Positions 11,286 through 22,948 of a stretch of DNA of 64,000 nt are shown in pieces. A model generated the notes under the pieces. The model was given only the letters and a program-made list of their open reading frames with translations, ran no database searches and was not told where the DNA came from. Made by a program: the position numbers and the translations under genes. The stretch is from an uncultured Chloroflexia bacterium (GTDB taxonomy: Bacteria; Chloroflexota; UBA6077; JACCZL01). The stretch's first letter is position 1; every line of letters starts with the position of its first letter. The stretch is taken from assembly GCA_963765765.1 (NCBI GenBank), contig CAVXYC010000020.1, positions 416,001 to 480,000 of the forward strand, in the 5' to 3' direction.

Positions 11286-13288
11286 TCGCGCGGTACCACG
11301 GATTCTTCCTCGCCCTGCATGGTGCGGCGTAGCTCCACAATCTGGTCGCGCAAGAGCGCGGCCTTTTCAAAATTGAGCTCTTTCGCCGCTGTCTTCATTT
11401 CTATCTCGAGATCCTTTACGACCCGAAGAATATCTTCCTTGGGGAGCCGATCGGCAGAGCCGACTCGATACGCCTCAGCCGCCTCGGCAACGGCCCTGAC
11501 GCGGGTGGAAATATCGCGAATGGCCTTCTTGATTCCCACTGGCGTGATGTTGTTCCGATTGTTGTACGCGATCTGCTTCTCGCGACGACGATACGTCTCA
11601 CTGATCGCACGCTCCATAGAGCCCGTCATGTTGTCGGCGTACATGATGACGTGCCCCTCGATGTGACGAGCCGCGCGCCCAATGGTCTGGATCAGCGCGC
11701 TTTCGGAGCGGAGATAACCTTCTTTATCCGCGTCCAGGATCGCAACCAGCGAGACTTCCGGGAGATCCAACCCTTCGCGGAGCAGGTTTATTCCCACAAC
11801 GACGTCATGCACGCCGAGGCGAAGATCGCGCAGGATTTCGATCCGCTCCATCGTGTCGATCTCAGAATGGATGTGGTGTACTTTGACGCCCATCTCGCGC
11901 AGATAGTCGGTGAGATCCTCAGCCATGCGCTTGGTGAGCGTCGTCACCAGCACGCGCTCACCTCGTCGCGTGCGGTCCTGCACCTGTTCCATAAGATCGT
12001 CGATCTGCCCTTTGGTGGGTTTGACCTCGATCGTCGGATCGGGGATGCCAGTTGGGCGAATGAGCTGCTCGACACGCGCTTCTTCATGCTCGGCCTCGTA
12101 CGGCCCCGGGGTAGCAGAGACAAAAAGGACCTGGTTCAGATGCTTCTCAAACTCGTGGAAGATGAGCGGTCGATTGTCCAGCGCTGAGGGGAGTCTGAAC
12201 CCATAGTCCACCAGGACCTGCTTGCGTGCCCGGTCGCCATTGAACATGCCGCGCACCTGAGGGAGTGTCATGTGCGATTCGTCAACGAACATCAGGTAGT
12301 CGTCTGGAAAGTAGTCCAGCAGCGTCCACGGCGTGGAGCCCTCAGCGCGGCGTGCCAGATGGCGTGAGTAGTTCTCGACGCCCGTGCAGAAGCCCGTCTC
12401 ACGCATCATCTCGATGTCGTAGCGCGTGCGCTGACCGAGCCTGGCAGCCTCGAGAAGCTGGCCCTCCTCCTCGAACTTCTTCAGACGCTCCTCGAGCTCT
12501 TGCTCGATGTCGCGAATGGCCTCTTCCATTTTCTCGCGCGTCGTCACGAAGTACTTCGCGGGATAGATGTCCACCGCGGCCCGCTCAGCAAGGATCTCGC
12601 CGGTGAGCGGATCGACCTCGGTAATTCGCTCGACCTCGTCACCCCAGAATTCCACCCGTATGGCGATCTCCTGGCCCGCTGGGTGAATCTCGAGCGTATC
12701 GCCGCGCACGCGAAATTTCCCGCGCGCGAAGTCATAGTCGTTCCGCTCGTAATAGATCTCGGTCAGGTGCCGAATCACACGATCGCGCTTACGTGTTTCA
12801 CCGCGCTTCAGTGAGACGACGGCCTTGCCATAGTCCTCCGGCGCGCCCAGGCCGAAGATGCACGAAACGGACGCGACGATAATGCAGTCGCGACGTGTCA
12901 GGAGTGACTGCATGGCCGAGTGACGCAAGCGGTCGATGTCCTCGTTGAGTAGCGAGTCCTTCTCGATGTACGTGTCTGTCCGAGGCACATAGGCCTCGGG
13001 CTGGTAATAGTCGTAGTAGCTAACGAAGTACTCGACCGCGTTCTCGGGAAAGAAGTCTCGGAACTCAGAGCAAAGCTGGGCGGCCAGCGTCTTATTGTGG
13101 GCGATCACCAGCGAAGGACGGTCCACCTGCTGGATGATGTTGGCCATGGTGAACGTCTTGCCCGAACCAGTGACGCCGAGGAGGGTTTGGTGCTTCTTAC
13201 CCGCCTCGATACCGCGCACCAGCTCGTCGATCGCCGATGGCTGATCGCCGGTTGGCTCATAGTCAGACACAAGCTTGAATGAAGACAT
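11267..13288 (-). CDS. uvrB: Excinuclease ABC subunit B
   Basis: [21 protein letters not shown] beta-hairpin, [16 protein letters not shown]-terminal UVR domain. Confidence 0.97.
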   Translation of the reverse strand: MSSFKLVSDYEPTGDQPSAIDELVRGIEAGKKHQTLLGVTGSGKTFTMANIIQQVDRPSLVIAHNKTLAAQLCSEFRDFFPENAVEYFVSYYDYYQPEAYVPRTDTYIEKDSLLNEDIDRLRHSAMQSLLTRRDCIIVASVSCIFGLGAPEDYGKAVVSLKRGETRKRDRVIRHLTEIYYERNDYDFARGKFRVRGDTLEIHPAGQEIAIRVEFWGDEVERITEVDPLTGEILAERAAVDIYPAKYFVTTREKMEEAIRDIEQELEERLKKFEEEGQLLEAARLGQRTRYDIEMMRETGFCTGVENYSRHLARRAEGSTPWTLLDYFPDDYLMFVDESHMTLPQVRGMFNGDRARKQVLVDYGFRLPSALDNRPLIFHEFEKHLNQVLFVSATPGPYEAEHEEARVEQLIRPTGIPDPTIEVKPTKGQIDDLMEQVQDRTRRGERVLVTTLTKRMAEDLTDYLREMGVKVHHIHSEIDTMERIEILRDLRLGVHDVVVGINLLREGLDLPEVSLVAILDADKEGYLRSESALIQTIGRAARHIEGHVIMYADNMTGSMERAISETYRRREKQIAYNNRNNITPVGIKKAIRDISTRVRAVAEAAEAYRVGSADRLPKEDILRVVKDLEIEMKTAAKELNFEKAALLRDQIVELRRTMQGEEESVVPREWLKTR

Positions 13289-13469
13289 GGGGACGGCAAA
13301 TTATACGCGCTGGCTCGGAGTGGCCGAGTTAAGAGTGACGAGTTGAGCTCTGGATATATCTAGCGAAAATACGGAATCCGCCGAAATTGGCGCGAGCGAC
13401 AGTCGGCACGCCAACTATCACTCCGCACTCTAAATTCTTCACTGCGCGAGAGCGCCCTATAATCTTCCC

Positions 13470-14795
13470 ATGCCCAACTACCACGTCTGGACGATTGGCT
13501 GTCAGATGAATACCTCGGACGCCCGCAATGCGTCCGACGAGCTCGAGCAGCTCGGTTATTCCGAGTCGGCAACGATGCGCGATGCGGACGTGGTGATCCT
13601 GTACTCGTGCATGGTCCGTCAGCACGCCGAGGACAAGGTCCATAGCCAGCTTGGCGCACTCAAGAAGCTCAAGCTGGAGAAGCCCAACCTGCGCGTGGCA
13701 CTCGCCGGATGCATTGGTGAAGTGGGCGGCTGGCAGAAGCGCTATCCGTTTGTGGACTTCTTCCTGGAGCCCGGCCAGGATTTGAGCGTCCAGGACAAGC
13801 TCACGGACCTGATCGAGCTGGATGAGCTGTATCGGATTCAGCCCGAGGATGCCGTCCGTATGGGTCGCGTTTCAGAAGGCGTGACGATCCAGCAGGGGTG
13901 CAATCGAAGCTGCACTTACTGCATTGTCCCATCCACTCGCGGCGGCGAGCGCAGTCGGGTGCCATTCGACATTCAATATGAGGTGGAAGGTCTGATCCAC
14001 CGTGGCACGCGCGAAGTCGTGCTTCTCAGCCAGATCGTCGAGCGGTACGGCCGCGATCTACGCCCTCGCGTTAGTCTCGCACAGCTCTTGTGCCAGCTCA
14101 ACGAGGTGCCGGGATTGGACCGAATTCGTTTCCTCACCAGCTACCCGGGTGATTTCGGTGCCGATCTCATCGAAGCCGTTGCCACGGTACCCAAGGTGTG
14201 CGAGGACATCAACCTGCCGGTGCAGAGCGGCGACAACGATGTCCTACGCGCGATGAAGCGCGGCTACACGATTGAGTTCTATGCGGAGCTCGTCCAGCGC
14301 TTGCGCGCCGGCATCCCAAACCTCAGCATGAGCACCGATATTATCGTTGGCTTCCCAGGTGAGACCGTCGCCCAGTTCGAGAACACACTGCGAGCCATTG
14401 AGAACATCCAGTGGGACGTCATTCATGTGGCCGCGTACTCCACACGCGCAGGCACTCCCGCCGCCGTGTACGAAGACCAGCTACCGCTGGAGGAGAAGCG
14501 CCGACGCCTGCACCTGGTAGAGGAGCTTCAGAAGGAGATCGCCACCCGCCGCAACGCGGCGTTCCAGGACCAGACCATGGAAGTTCTGATCGAAGGCCAG
14601 TCCAAAGGCAAGTGGTACGGCCGCTCACGAAACAACAAGCTGGTCCACGTCGCACACCCGTCCGAGCTCGCCGGACACCTCGTCAACGTGCGAATCACCC
14701 AGACCAGCCCCTGGTCGCTTCAGGGAGAAGTTGAGTCGATCAATCGACCGACTAATGCATCCTCGTCCGTAACTCTGCCAGTCCTGGCGTTGTAA
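13470..14795 (+). CDS. miaB: tRNA methylthiotransferase MiaB (radical SAM + TRAM)
   Basis: GCQMN, SCMVRQHAE, CNRSCTYC, DIIVGFPGET, C-terminal TRAM. Confidence 0.88.
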   Translation: MPNYHVWTIGCQMNTSDARNASDELEQLGYSESATMRDADVVILYSCMVRQHAEDKVHSQLGALKKLKLEKPNLRVALAGCIGEVGGWQKRYPFVDFFLEPGQDLSVQDKLTDLIELDELYRIQPEDAVRMGRVSEGVTIQQGCNRSCTYCIVPSTRGGERSRVPFDIQYEVEGLIHRGTREVVLLSQIVERYGRDLRPRVSLAQLLCQLNEVPGLDRIRFLTSYPGDFGADLIEAVATVPKVCEDINLPVQSGDNDVLRAMKRGYTIEFYAELVQRLRAGIPNLSMSTDIIVGFPGETVAQFENTLRAIENIQWDVIHVAAYSTRAGTPAAVYEDQLPLEEKRRRLHLVEELQKEIATRRNAAFQDQTMEVLIEGQSKGKWYGRSRNNKLVHVAHPSELAGHLVNVRITQTSPWSLQGEVESINRPTNASSSVTLPVLAL

Positions 14796-14934
14796 GTAAC
14801 CGGTTCTCCTTCAAACCACCAGCTCCTTGTCAGTGGTAGTGAGGCAACCCACGTAGCGCCCGCATTCTCCGAAGGTTCCCAAAGCCTCAAATGGCTGTTA
14901 GCATGCCTCTCGAGAAAAGGCGGGGAGCGTCGCC

Positions 14935-16501
14935 ATGCGGCTATTTGATCTTCTCGATTTCCACGCCCGAGAGCATCCTGATGTTGAGTTTGCCGCACAG
15001 GGCGATAGGCAGATCACCTATGCGGAGGCAGCCCAGGAAACTCACCGCCTGGCCCACGCGCTAGTCGACAATGAGTCTGCAGCAGGGTGACCGCGTAGCG
15101 ATTATCTCCAAGAACAGCATTGAATATGTCCTGCTGTACTTTGCTGCCGCCCGCGCCGGCGTGGTTCCGGTGCCGCTCAATTACCGGCTGGCACCGGCCG
15201 AATGGCGATACATCATCAACGATGCCGGCGCTACAGCCGTCCTCGCCTCGGCCGAATACGCCGCCGCGGTGGATGGCATCCGCGCCGAGCTTGGCACAGT
15301 TCGCCAGGTGCTCTCAATCGGGTTGCAAACAGCTGCCGGCTGGCCCGACCTTCATCGCCAGGCGGTCGAAATGCCCAATACCCCCGTCGATCGCGACGTC
15401 ACGCCGGACGACGACGTCTATCAGATGTATACGAGCGGCACAACGGGGCATCCCAAAGGCGCGGTCATCACGCACCGGGCCCTCACCACCAACATGGCCC
15501 AGAACGCCCTCTACTGCCAGGGGCCGATCGGTGAGCGCAGCTTGATCGTTACGCCGCTTTTTCATGCCGCCACTGTGCCCAATACGTTCAGCCCCATCTG
15601 GTGGGGCGGCTCGCTGCTCATTCACGAACAGTTCGAACCAACGGCGGCGGTGAGATCGCTGGATGAGGAGAGGGTCGGCTTTGCCCTGCTCGTACCGGCA
15701 ATGATTCTTGCCTGTGTGACGGGCGTTCCTGGTGCCGCGGAGAGGCGATTCAATCAGCTCCGTCTCATTTACTACGGGGCTTCTCCCATCTCAGAGCAGA
15801 CGCTCCGTCAGGGGCTCGAGGTCTTCAAGTGCCGATTCGTCCAGACCTATGGCTTGACCGAGGCCACCCAGGCCGTGACCTTCTTGACGCCCGAAGATCA
15901 TGATCGCGCGCTGGCCGGTGAGCCAGATCTGCTGCTTTCGGCCGGACGCGCGGCCCCGGGCACGGAAGTGCGCATCGTGGACGCCGAGGGTGCCACGCTG
16001 CCGCTGGGCGAGATCGGACAGCTCGCCGTGCGCGGTCCACAGCTCATGCGCGGTTACTGGCAGCTTCCTGCGGCTACCAGCGAATCACTTCGCAATGGCT
16101 GGCTCTTCACTGGAGACGCCGGAACCATGGATGCGGAGGGATACGTCTACGTCCAGGACCGCGTGAAGGACATGATCGTCTCGGGCGGAGAGAACATTTA
16201 CCCCAGGGAAGTGGAGAACGTGCTCTTCAATCACCCCGCCATCGCCGACGCCGCGGTGATCGGGGTTCCGGACGACCGTTGGGGCGAGACAGTGAAGGCA
16301 TTTGTCGTCTTCCATCCTGACGTGAGTGCCACGCAGGAGGAAATCATTACGTTCTGTCGATCCGAGCTCGCGGGCTTCAAACTGCCGCATACGGTGGACG
16401 TGATCAAGACCATTCCTCGCACAGCTACCGGCAAGGTTCTCAAGCGCGAGCTCCGCGAGCCATTCTGGACCGGCCGGCAGCGTCAGGTGTCAGGCGCCTG
16501 A
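14935..16501 (+). CDS. Long-chain fatty acid-CoA ligase (frameshift near 15070)
   Basis: MRLFDLLDFHARE start in another frame with RBS; YTSGTTGHPKG, YGLTE, TGDAG, SGGENIYP, TATGK. Confidence 0.9.
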
Positions 16502-16511
16502 CATCCGGCCC

Positions 16512-16622
16512 CGCGCAAAGCGCCTTGGAGTACGGTGTGCGAAGAGCCACTTTTGGATTATCGCTGACGTTCAGAATGAGCTTGAAGAATGGAAAGCGGT
16601 GCTGCCGCACACCGCACTCCAA
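16512..16622. repeat. REP-like doublet (TTGGAGT.CGG family)
   Basis: TTGGAGTACGGTGTGCG..CCACTTTT and inverted AAAGCGGTGC..CACACCGCACTCCAA between convergent genes. Confidence 0.65.
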
Positions 16623-16639
16623 TGAGCTCGTGCTTCTCT

Positions 16640-17403
16640 CTACCTCTGGGTTGCTTCATGCCGCCCGCGCCACGCCGACCGAGCGGCAGCAACCTCTGGT
16701 GAAGCCAAACACGCTTCCAACATTGGAAGTGACGCGTCGTGGACGTCGGCATAGCCAGCGGTCTCAGAAAGTCGCATCAGCCGCTTTGACGCAGCCGCGG
16801 CGGCGGGCGGTGCCTGAGCGTATCGTTGAGCGATTTCGCTGAGCCCCGACTCGAATTCGGCTGACGGCACCACATAGTCCACCAGCCCAAGTCGGAGTGC
16901 TTCGTCAGGCGGAATCACCTCACCCGAGAGAATCAGCCGGCGTGCGGGACCGAGCCCAATGAGCCTCGGAAGACGGTACGGCGCCATGCCTGGGAAGAGC
17001 CCTCGTTCACGGCCGGCAGGCCGATGTTGCAATCATCGCTTGACACCCGAATGTCGCAAGAGATCGCAAGTTGCACTCCCCCGCCAAGGCAATGCCCGTG
17101 GATCCCCGCGATGGTGATCGCGTTCAGCATCTCGAGCGCTCGGAACGCGCGCTCCTGTCCTTCGTAAAACCCGTCCGGCATACCCTCACGGCTCAACATC
17201 TCGAGATCAATCCCGGCACAGAAAGCTCGCCCCGCACCGCGCACCACAACCACCCGTACAGCGACCGCCGCCGCAATCTCGCCAACAGCCTCATCCAGAG
17301 CCTGAATCCACGCCAAGTTCTCCGCGTTTAGCACATCGGGTCGGTTCAACGTAATCCACGCTATCGCACCATCAATACGCAGCAAGACGGGAGAGTTATT
17401 CAA
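16640..17403 (-). CDS. Enoyl-CoA hydratase/isomerase (frameshift near 17000)
   Basis: ITLNRPDVLNA, RAFCAGIDL, HCLGGGVQLA, LPRLIG, EALRLGLV. Confidence 0.9.
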
Positions 17404-17533
17404 GATTTACTCCGAGCAGATACCGCGGCGGACCAATTCTAATCCGAAAGTAGACGGAGAAAAGCGTCCTCGCCCCGTGAATAGTCAAAAACGGGAGGTA
17501 CCATGACAATCACGATGGCACCCTGATGACGAA

Positions 17534-17941
17534 TTGACTCAAACATTCCATCCTGCTTATTTCGAGACACGGTTCCGTACTCCTGTAGCGATTCACGACT
17601 GGCCCGCGGAGTTTGCGATCATCACCGCCTGGCCGACCACAGATGAGAACTGGTCAGACGACCTGAGTCGGGCCGCGGATCAGCGATTCGCGGCAGAGCT
17701 TCAAGCCCTCGGCGTGTGGATGGTTCGCATCACCGGCTACTCTCCTACCACCGATCATGCAGAGCCTGGGTGGGCAGCCACGCTCCCATTTCATCAAGCC
17801 TGCGACATCGGACTGAGATTCCAGCAGGACGCCATTTATTACGTAAGTGAGAACGTACTCTGGGTCAGCCATTGTGATTCTCGGGAGGAACGCATGCTCG
17901 TGGGTGAGTTCCGCGAACGGGTTGAGGTGGAATCGTGCTGA
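17534..17941 (+). CDS. DUF3293-like protein
   Basis: FAIITAW, GYSP..HAEPGW, IGLRFQQDAIY pattern. Confidence 0.7.
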   Translation: MTQTFHPAYFETRFRTPVAIHDWPAEFAIITAWPTTDENWSDDLSRAADQRFAAELQALGVWMVRITGYSPTTDHAEPGWAATLPFHQACDIGLRFQQDAIYYVSENVLWVSHCDSREERMLVGEFRERVEVESC

Positions 17942-17990
17942 TCGATGAGCGACTCAAGTGTTCCGCCTCTGAGAGCGATTTCGCCATTCA

Positions 17991-18035
17991 TCCAAAGCGG
18001 CGCTTCCGCACGCCGCACTTCAAGGCGCTTCGCGC
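17991..18035. repeat. REP-like copy (same family as 16512)
   Basis: Reverse complement GCGCGAAGCGCCTTGAAGTGCGGCGTGCGGAAGCGCCGCTTTGGA closely matches 16512-16557. Confidence 0.65.
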
Positions 18036-18051
18036 GACCAAGATGACCATG

Positions 18052-18501
18052 TCACCGCCGATCATCAGAATCCAGCATGATCGTCACGGGGCCGTCGTTC
18101 AGAAATTTCCACGACCATATGGGCGCCGAAGTGACCCGTCTCAACCTTAGCCCGAGATCGCGGAGGCGCTGGGCGAAGCGATTGACGAGCGGATCGGCCT
18201 GATCGGGCGGCGCTGCTTGGACAAAGCTTGGGCGGCGGCCTCGCGCTGTGTCGGCGTAGAGGGTGAATTGAGAGATCACCAGCATCTCTGCCTGGATGTC
18301 GAGCGCTGAGAGGTTCATTTTCCCATCGTTATCCGAAAAACAGCGGAGATTGGCTGCGCGCTCTGCCAAACGATCTGCTGTGGCCTCTGCATCCGTCGCC
18401 GTAACGCCCACCAGAACGATCCAGCCCAGCCCGATCTGGCCTATTACGTCGTGGTCCACGGTCACAGCTCCGCGCTGAACCCGCTGCATAAGCGCCCGCA
18501 A
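18052..18501 (-). CDS. dtd: D-aminoacyl-tRNA deacylase
   Basis: MRALMQRV, SQFTLYAD..GRRPSF, NDGPVTI; short region near C-terminus distorted by compensating indels. Confidence 0.93.
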   Translation of the reverse strand: MRALMQRVQRGAVTVDHDVIGQIGLGWIVLVGVTATDAEATADRLAERAANLRCFSDNDGKMNLSALDIQAEMLVISQFTLYADTARGRRPSFVQAAPPDQADPLVNRFAQRLRDLGLRLRRVTSAPIWSWKFLNDGPVTIMLDSDDRR

Positions 18502-18551
18502 TGAGGACTCCTTTCAGTCTTCAGTGAAGAGTTAAAGGTTAAGAGTTAAAA

Positions 18552-20190
18552 ATGAGGCAGTACTCTCGCCTCGCCTCTCGCCCAATTGTCTATCATCCCG
18601 TGGACGTGGCTGCCATAACTCTCCCGCTGCGCCGCGCAGTCGGCGCACGCCAGATTGCGCTCGCGGTCATCACCCTCGGACTTGCTGCACTACTGGCCTG
18701 GTACCTCATAGCCATCTGGTACGACCTCGCGCCCTGGCTGCGTGGCTGGAAGAAGTATCCCGATGGTTGGTCATGGCGATTCCTCGAAACGGTCCCTCGT
18801 CTGGATCGCTTCATCACCGCCGGACTGGGAGTCACGGTCATTGTGACAGCACTCCTCTGGCTTCTCCGAGGTCCACAGCGTAACGCCCATTGGCATACTG
18901 CGCTGGGGCTCGCGGTTCTTGTTATCGGCGTCCACGTGCTCGAGGTTGGTACGCTGGCCCTGAAGTTGAGCAGCCCACATGCCTTGCTGGTGAACCGCGT
19001 TCTGAACGAGGACTTCACCGGCTACTTCAAAGCCGCTCAATCGGTCGAGTCACCGGCCGAGTTCTTTACAGACTGGCGCAGGCTGATGAAGGCTTGCGGG
19101 CACTGCACCAGTCATCCAACCGGCGCATCAGCAATTTACTGGCCGGTCATCGTCGCCGCCGAAGCGCTGCCGCCCGAGACGGCGCAGTCGGTCGCCTCCT
19201 GGCTCGATGAGACGCTGCGGCTGCGCATTCGCAATGTTCCCCCGGCCTCGGTGATCGCCGCGACGGCACTGGGCCATCTGAACCTTTTGTTTGCCGCTGT
19301 CAGCGTAGTACCGTATTTCTTTCTCGGACGCATCATCAGCGGTTCGGTGGTGGGTGGTGTCCTGGCCGCTGGGCTTGTTGCAACAATGCCCGGACTCATT
19401 CTCATGAGTCCCGAGCTCGATCAAATCTATGTGCTCATCAGCGGTGCAGCGATGCTCGCTCTGCTCCTGAGTATGCGAGCGGAGCGCTGGAGCATGCAGG
19501 CCGCGATGGGCCTGACATGCGGTTTACTCGTGGCACTTGGGCCTGTTCTTGACCTGGGGCCTACTCGTCTGGATCCCAATGCTGGCCTGCCTCAGCATTG
19601 CATCACTGTTGGGCCTTCACGTTTATGACAAGTCCCACACCGTTTCTCCCACTCAACGTATTCTTCGCACGGCAATCGCCTGGGTAGCGGCAATCGTCGG
19701 CCTGGTGGGTCCGTACTGGCTGCTTGGCTCATTTACACCGTATGACGTTCGCGACGTGGCGCGTCAGGGGCTGAACCATTACCAGACGTTTGAAGCCATT
19801 GGGCGGCCTGGTGAAGATATCTGGCTCTTCCATGGACCGCTGGACACAACGCAATTCATCGGCCTGCCGCTCACCATCGCCAGTCTGGCCGTCATGTTCG
19901 GGAGTGCAGGCAAAGCATGGCTTCCTGCGCCCTCTGCCTGGACACAGCGGCTGGGCAGCATCAACGTATACACCGTCGCCCTGGTAGGCATCATCGCCGT
20001 GACGTTCCTCGGTGATTACATGAAGGCGGAAAGCGGTCGACAGCTCCTCTTTATCATGCCGCTCGCAGCCGTCGCTCTGGCCGCTTCCGTTCGCGCGGCA
20101 AGCTATCATCTGCGCCCCTGGCATTGGGCCCTTATCACCACGCAGACACTGGTGACAGTCATCATCGGGGCACGCTGGATAACCCCTTAA
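18552..20190 (+). CDS. Polytopic membrane protein, putative GT-C glycosyltransferase (frameshift near 19540)
   Basis: Many TM segments; loop with GYF..A and SHPTG; resembles PMT/GT83-like proteins. Confidence 0.6.
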
Positions 20191-20218
20191 GCTCCGAGTC
20201 TCTGAGCCACTGAACGAC

Positions 20219-20250
20219 AAAACCGCCCGTCCAGTATGGAGGGGCGGTTT
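20219..20250. terminator. Bidirectional intrinsic terminator
   Basis: AAAACCGCCC...GGGGCGGTTT hairpin between convergent genes. Confidence 0.75.
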
Positions 20251-20270
20251 CTAATCGGTCGGTCCACAGC

Positions 20271-20642
20271 TCAGGTCTTGGAGGTTGAGCTCGGCGTCGC
20301 TGTGCTGGACTCGGTCTTAGCTGGCGTCGCTGCTGAAGATGACGAGCTATCGGCCGACGTGGGCGTGGTCGACTTCTCACTTTCGCTGGACGACTTACCA
20401 GCCTCACCGTTCTCGCCGTTGGACTTTGCACCATCAGCGTTAGTGCCGGCCGCCGCAGCGCCGCCCTTGCGATTGTCAGTGTTGTAGAAACCGCTGCCCT
20501 TGAAGACAATTCCCACCGGGTGCAGCACGCGACGAAGCGATCCGCCACACGTTTCGCACGTGGTCAGCGGGTCATCGTGGAAGCTCTGGCGCTTTTCCAC
20601 CTCAGCACCACACGCGTTACATCGATATCCGTAAATCGGCAC
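20271..20642 (-). CDS. FmdB-family zinc-ribbon protein
   Basis: GTG start, PIYGYRCNACG..CETCGG..GIVFKGSGFY, Ser/Thr-rich tail. Confidence 0.9.
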   Translation of the reverse strand: MPIYGYRCNACGAEVEKRQSFHDDPLTTCETCGGSLRRVLHPVGIVFKGSGFYNTDNRKGGAAAAGTNADGAKSNGENGEAGKSSSESEKSTTPTSADSSSSSAATPAKTESSTATPSSTSKT

Positions 20643-20728
20643 GCAGAACCGCCTCCCTTCCTTGTTGGTCAGGAAATGTGAAAGAGTGAACGGCGAATTA
20701 TAGCGTGGATTGGCGACTGGCTGGACCT

Positions 20729-22063
20729 TTAGGCCACAAGCGTCGTTGGAGTCACCGGCCGGCGGTTCGCCTTGGATGAATCGAAGCCGCACCACTTCGG
20801 CGCCACAAATAAGACCGCCGTCCAGCCAGCCAGAATCAGCAAGTTTAGCCATGAATCCATGATCTGCAGACTGTGTCGAGGACCGGTGGATAGGACATCA
20901 CTCGTCTCAGCAATGATGGCCGGGTCATGCAGCACCATGTTGGCCAGGAGCGTGCACGAAATGAGCGCAAGAAGCACCCTTGCAGCGATGGATATCGGTG
21001 CGGCCATCACAAGAAGTGGCAAAACGAAGAACGAATGATTCTCGTGCGCTTGCGTTGTGAAGCAGAACCAGCCGAACGCCTGGTACGCCGAGAGCAAGAA
21101 GATGGACATTGACGGCGCCGCAATAAGTCGCCAGAGCGTCACGCCAGCCACCCCCAGCACTAGCGGCAACGCCGCCATTCGATACGTGAGCGGTCCAAGA
21201 ACCCGCTCGCTATCCAGGACCACCGGATCCGGATTGTTCGTGACAATCCACCAGAGATTGTGAGCATTGGCCGAGGCCACCGGCATGACGCCGGCGATCT
21301 GAGCGGGCAGGGTCAAAAAGTCAGTAAGCCGTCCGTGAATGATGAATGGAGCCAGTACCGCCATCATCACTACTCCAGCGATCAGAGCGCCCAGAACAAC
21401 CCGTACGAGCCCGGTCCTGCGAAATTGCACGATCAGGTAAAGCGGCACCAGCGCCCAGGCCTGCGGTTTCGTCATTGCGGATAGGCCAGCCGCTATCCAG
21501 CTTCCTTGCCACCAACCGAGGAGCGTCATACCAAGCGCCGCAACCGCGAACATCGTGTGCGCGGCATCAGGCGCTCCCCAGTAGGCGACGTCGAAGATGA
21601 CCGCCGGGTTGAGCAGATATACCGTGGACCCAAGCGCACCTGCGCGGACCCCATAAAGAAGCCAGAGTAGGCCGAATATCACAATGCCCAGTGCAAGGTG
21701 GAAGGCAACGGAGACGCCTTTGATGGCCGTGCTGAGAGACTCGCTGGTGAGCATCCGATCGGTCGCCCACGGATTCCTGTCAGTCAGCCTGTCATAGACC
21801 TTGCCCACAAACCCATAGGCGTACAGCGTCACCGGCGGATAAATCGCGTAAGTCTCCGGATACTGCCCGTGGTAGATGTTGTGCATCCCTTCGGTAACAA
21901 TGACCCGGGTCCAGTATTTATAGTGACTTACATCGCCGGCGTAGCCTGGCAAGAAGATGAGCTTGAGCGAGATCGCGGCGCTCAGCAGCCACGCAGCGGC
22001 AAAGAGGGCGATCCAACGCGCCTGTCCTGCTTTAGGAGTTACCACTGCGTGCCCGTCCGCCAA
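20729..22063 (-). CDS. Polytopic GT-C glycosyltransferase (ALG6/ALG8/GT87-like)
   Basis: GDVSHY, IYPP, LNPAVIFDVAYWGAPD, TKPQ, ANAHNLWW, TQAHEN. Confidence 0.7.
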   Translation of the reverse strand: MADGHAVVTPKAGQARWIALFAAAWLLSAAISLKLIFLPGYAGDVSHYKYWTRVIVTEGMHNIYHGQYPETYAIYPPVTLYAYGFVGKVYDRLTDRNPWATDRMLTSESLSTAIKGVSVAFHLALGIVIFGLLWLLYGVRAGALGSTVYLLNPAVIFDVAYWGAPDAAHTMFAVAALGMTLLGWWQGSWIAAGLSAMTKPQAWALVPLYLIVQFRRTGLVRVVLGALIAGVVMMAVLAPFIIHGRLTDFLTLPAQIAGVMPVASANAHNLWWIVTNNPDPVVLDSERVLGPLTYRMAALPLVLGVAGVTLWRLIAAPSMSIFLLSAYQAFGWFCFTTQAHENHSFFVLPLLVMAAPISIAARVLLALISCTLLANMVLHDPAIIAETSDVLSTGPRHSLQIMDSWLNLLILAGWTAVLFVAPKWCGFDSSKANRRPVTPTTLVA

Positions 22064-22081
22064 GCCCAGGGGTTCGGGCCA

Positions 22082-22948
22082 CTAGACCTTCTGCGCGATC
22101 ACCACGTTATGGGCGCACAAGAGGTTCACCACCGGCGCAATTTCCGCAAGGCGCTCCACGCGCGTCCAGGCCGGCATGAGGCCCTCCGGCATGAAGTCGG
22201 GCACCAGTCCGGCGCGCTTACGACTCCGCACCCGCAGCCCAGCCGCGCGACACGCCGCGGTGAGCTCACCCATGCTGACCAGGCGCTCCTCGCCGGAATC
22301 TTGTGGTACGCGAGCCATGAGAATTGGCCAATACGGGTTCAGCGGATTGTGATCCCAGATGAGGACGAAGCCGCCCCACCGTACCACTCTGGCCATCTCC
22401 GCAATGGTGCCGGCGACCCGCTCGGGCGTCTCGAGATGGTGCATGGTCGCCACACTGTACGCGAGATGAAACGTGTTATCGGCAAACGGCAGCGAATTGG
22501 CAAAACAGCCTGCCCCGCCCAGCAGGCCACGGGCCGAGGCCTGTGCCAACATGCCCGTCGAGGCGTCTGCCGCCACTACGCTATACCCTGCATCGGTCAC
22601 CCACTCGGCGAGCGCGCCGGTGCCGGCACCGACATCCAGGACGAGACCGTCGCGAATGAGACCCCGAATGACCTCCGTGCGTCGACCCAGATAGTGGTTG
22701 GCCACGTGTGGAGAAAAGACGTCGTCATACTCGTGCGCGACTTCGTCGTAGAGACCCTGCTGTCGGTCTGTCGTCTCGCCCATCTCTTCGGTGACGAACA
22801 ATCGGGGAATGCCGTTCGCGGAGTCATATTCGATGCCGCAGGAGGGGCAGCTGAGTGAGTCAATATCGCCACTGAGCGTTCCCTTGCAGCGAGGGCATGC
22901 CAAGATGTCGCGTAGGTTTACGGCCGTCGGTGCCAGTACATTAGCCAC
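22082..22948 (-). CDS. Trm112-like Zn-ribbon fused to class I SAM methyltransferase
   Basis: LACPRCKG..CPSCG..GIPRL then VLDVGAGTG, LPFADNTF. Confidence 0.85.
   Translation of the reverse strand: MANVLAPTAVNLRDILACPRCKGTLSGDIDSLSCPSCGIEYDSANGIPRLFVTEEMGETTDRQQGLYDEVAHEYDDVFSPHVANHYLGRRTEVIRGLIRDGLVLDVGAGTGALAEWVTDAGYSVVAADASTGMLAQASARGLLGGAGCFANSLPFADNTFHLAYSVATMHHLETPERVAGTIAEMARVVRWGGFVLIWDHNPLNPYWPILMARVPQDSGEERLVSMGELTAACRAAGLRVRSRKRAGLVPDFMPEGLMPAWTRVERLAEIAPVVNLLCAHNVVIAQKV

Noticed and set aside
13289-13469. LexA box upstream of uvrB
   Set aside because: No GAAC-N4-GTTC match found
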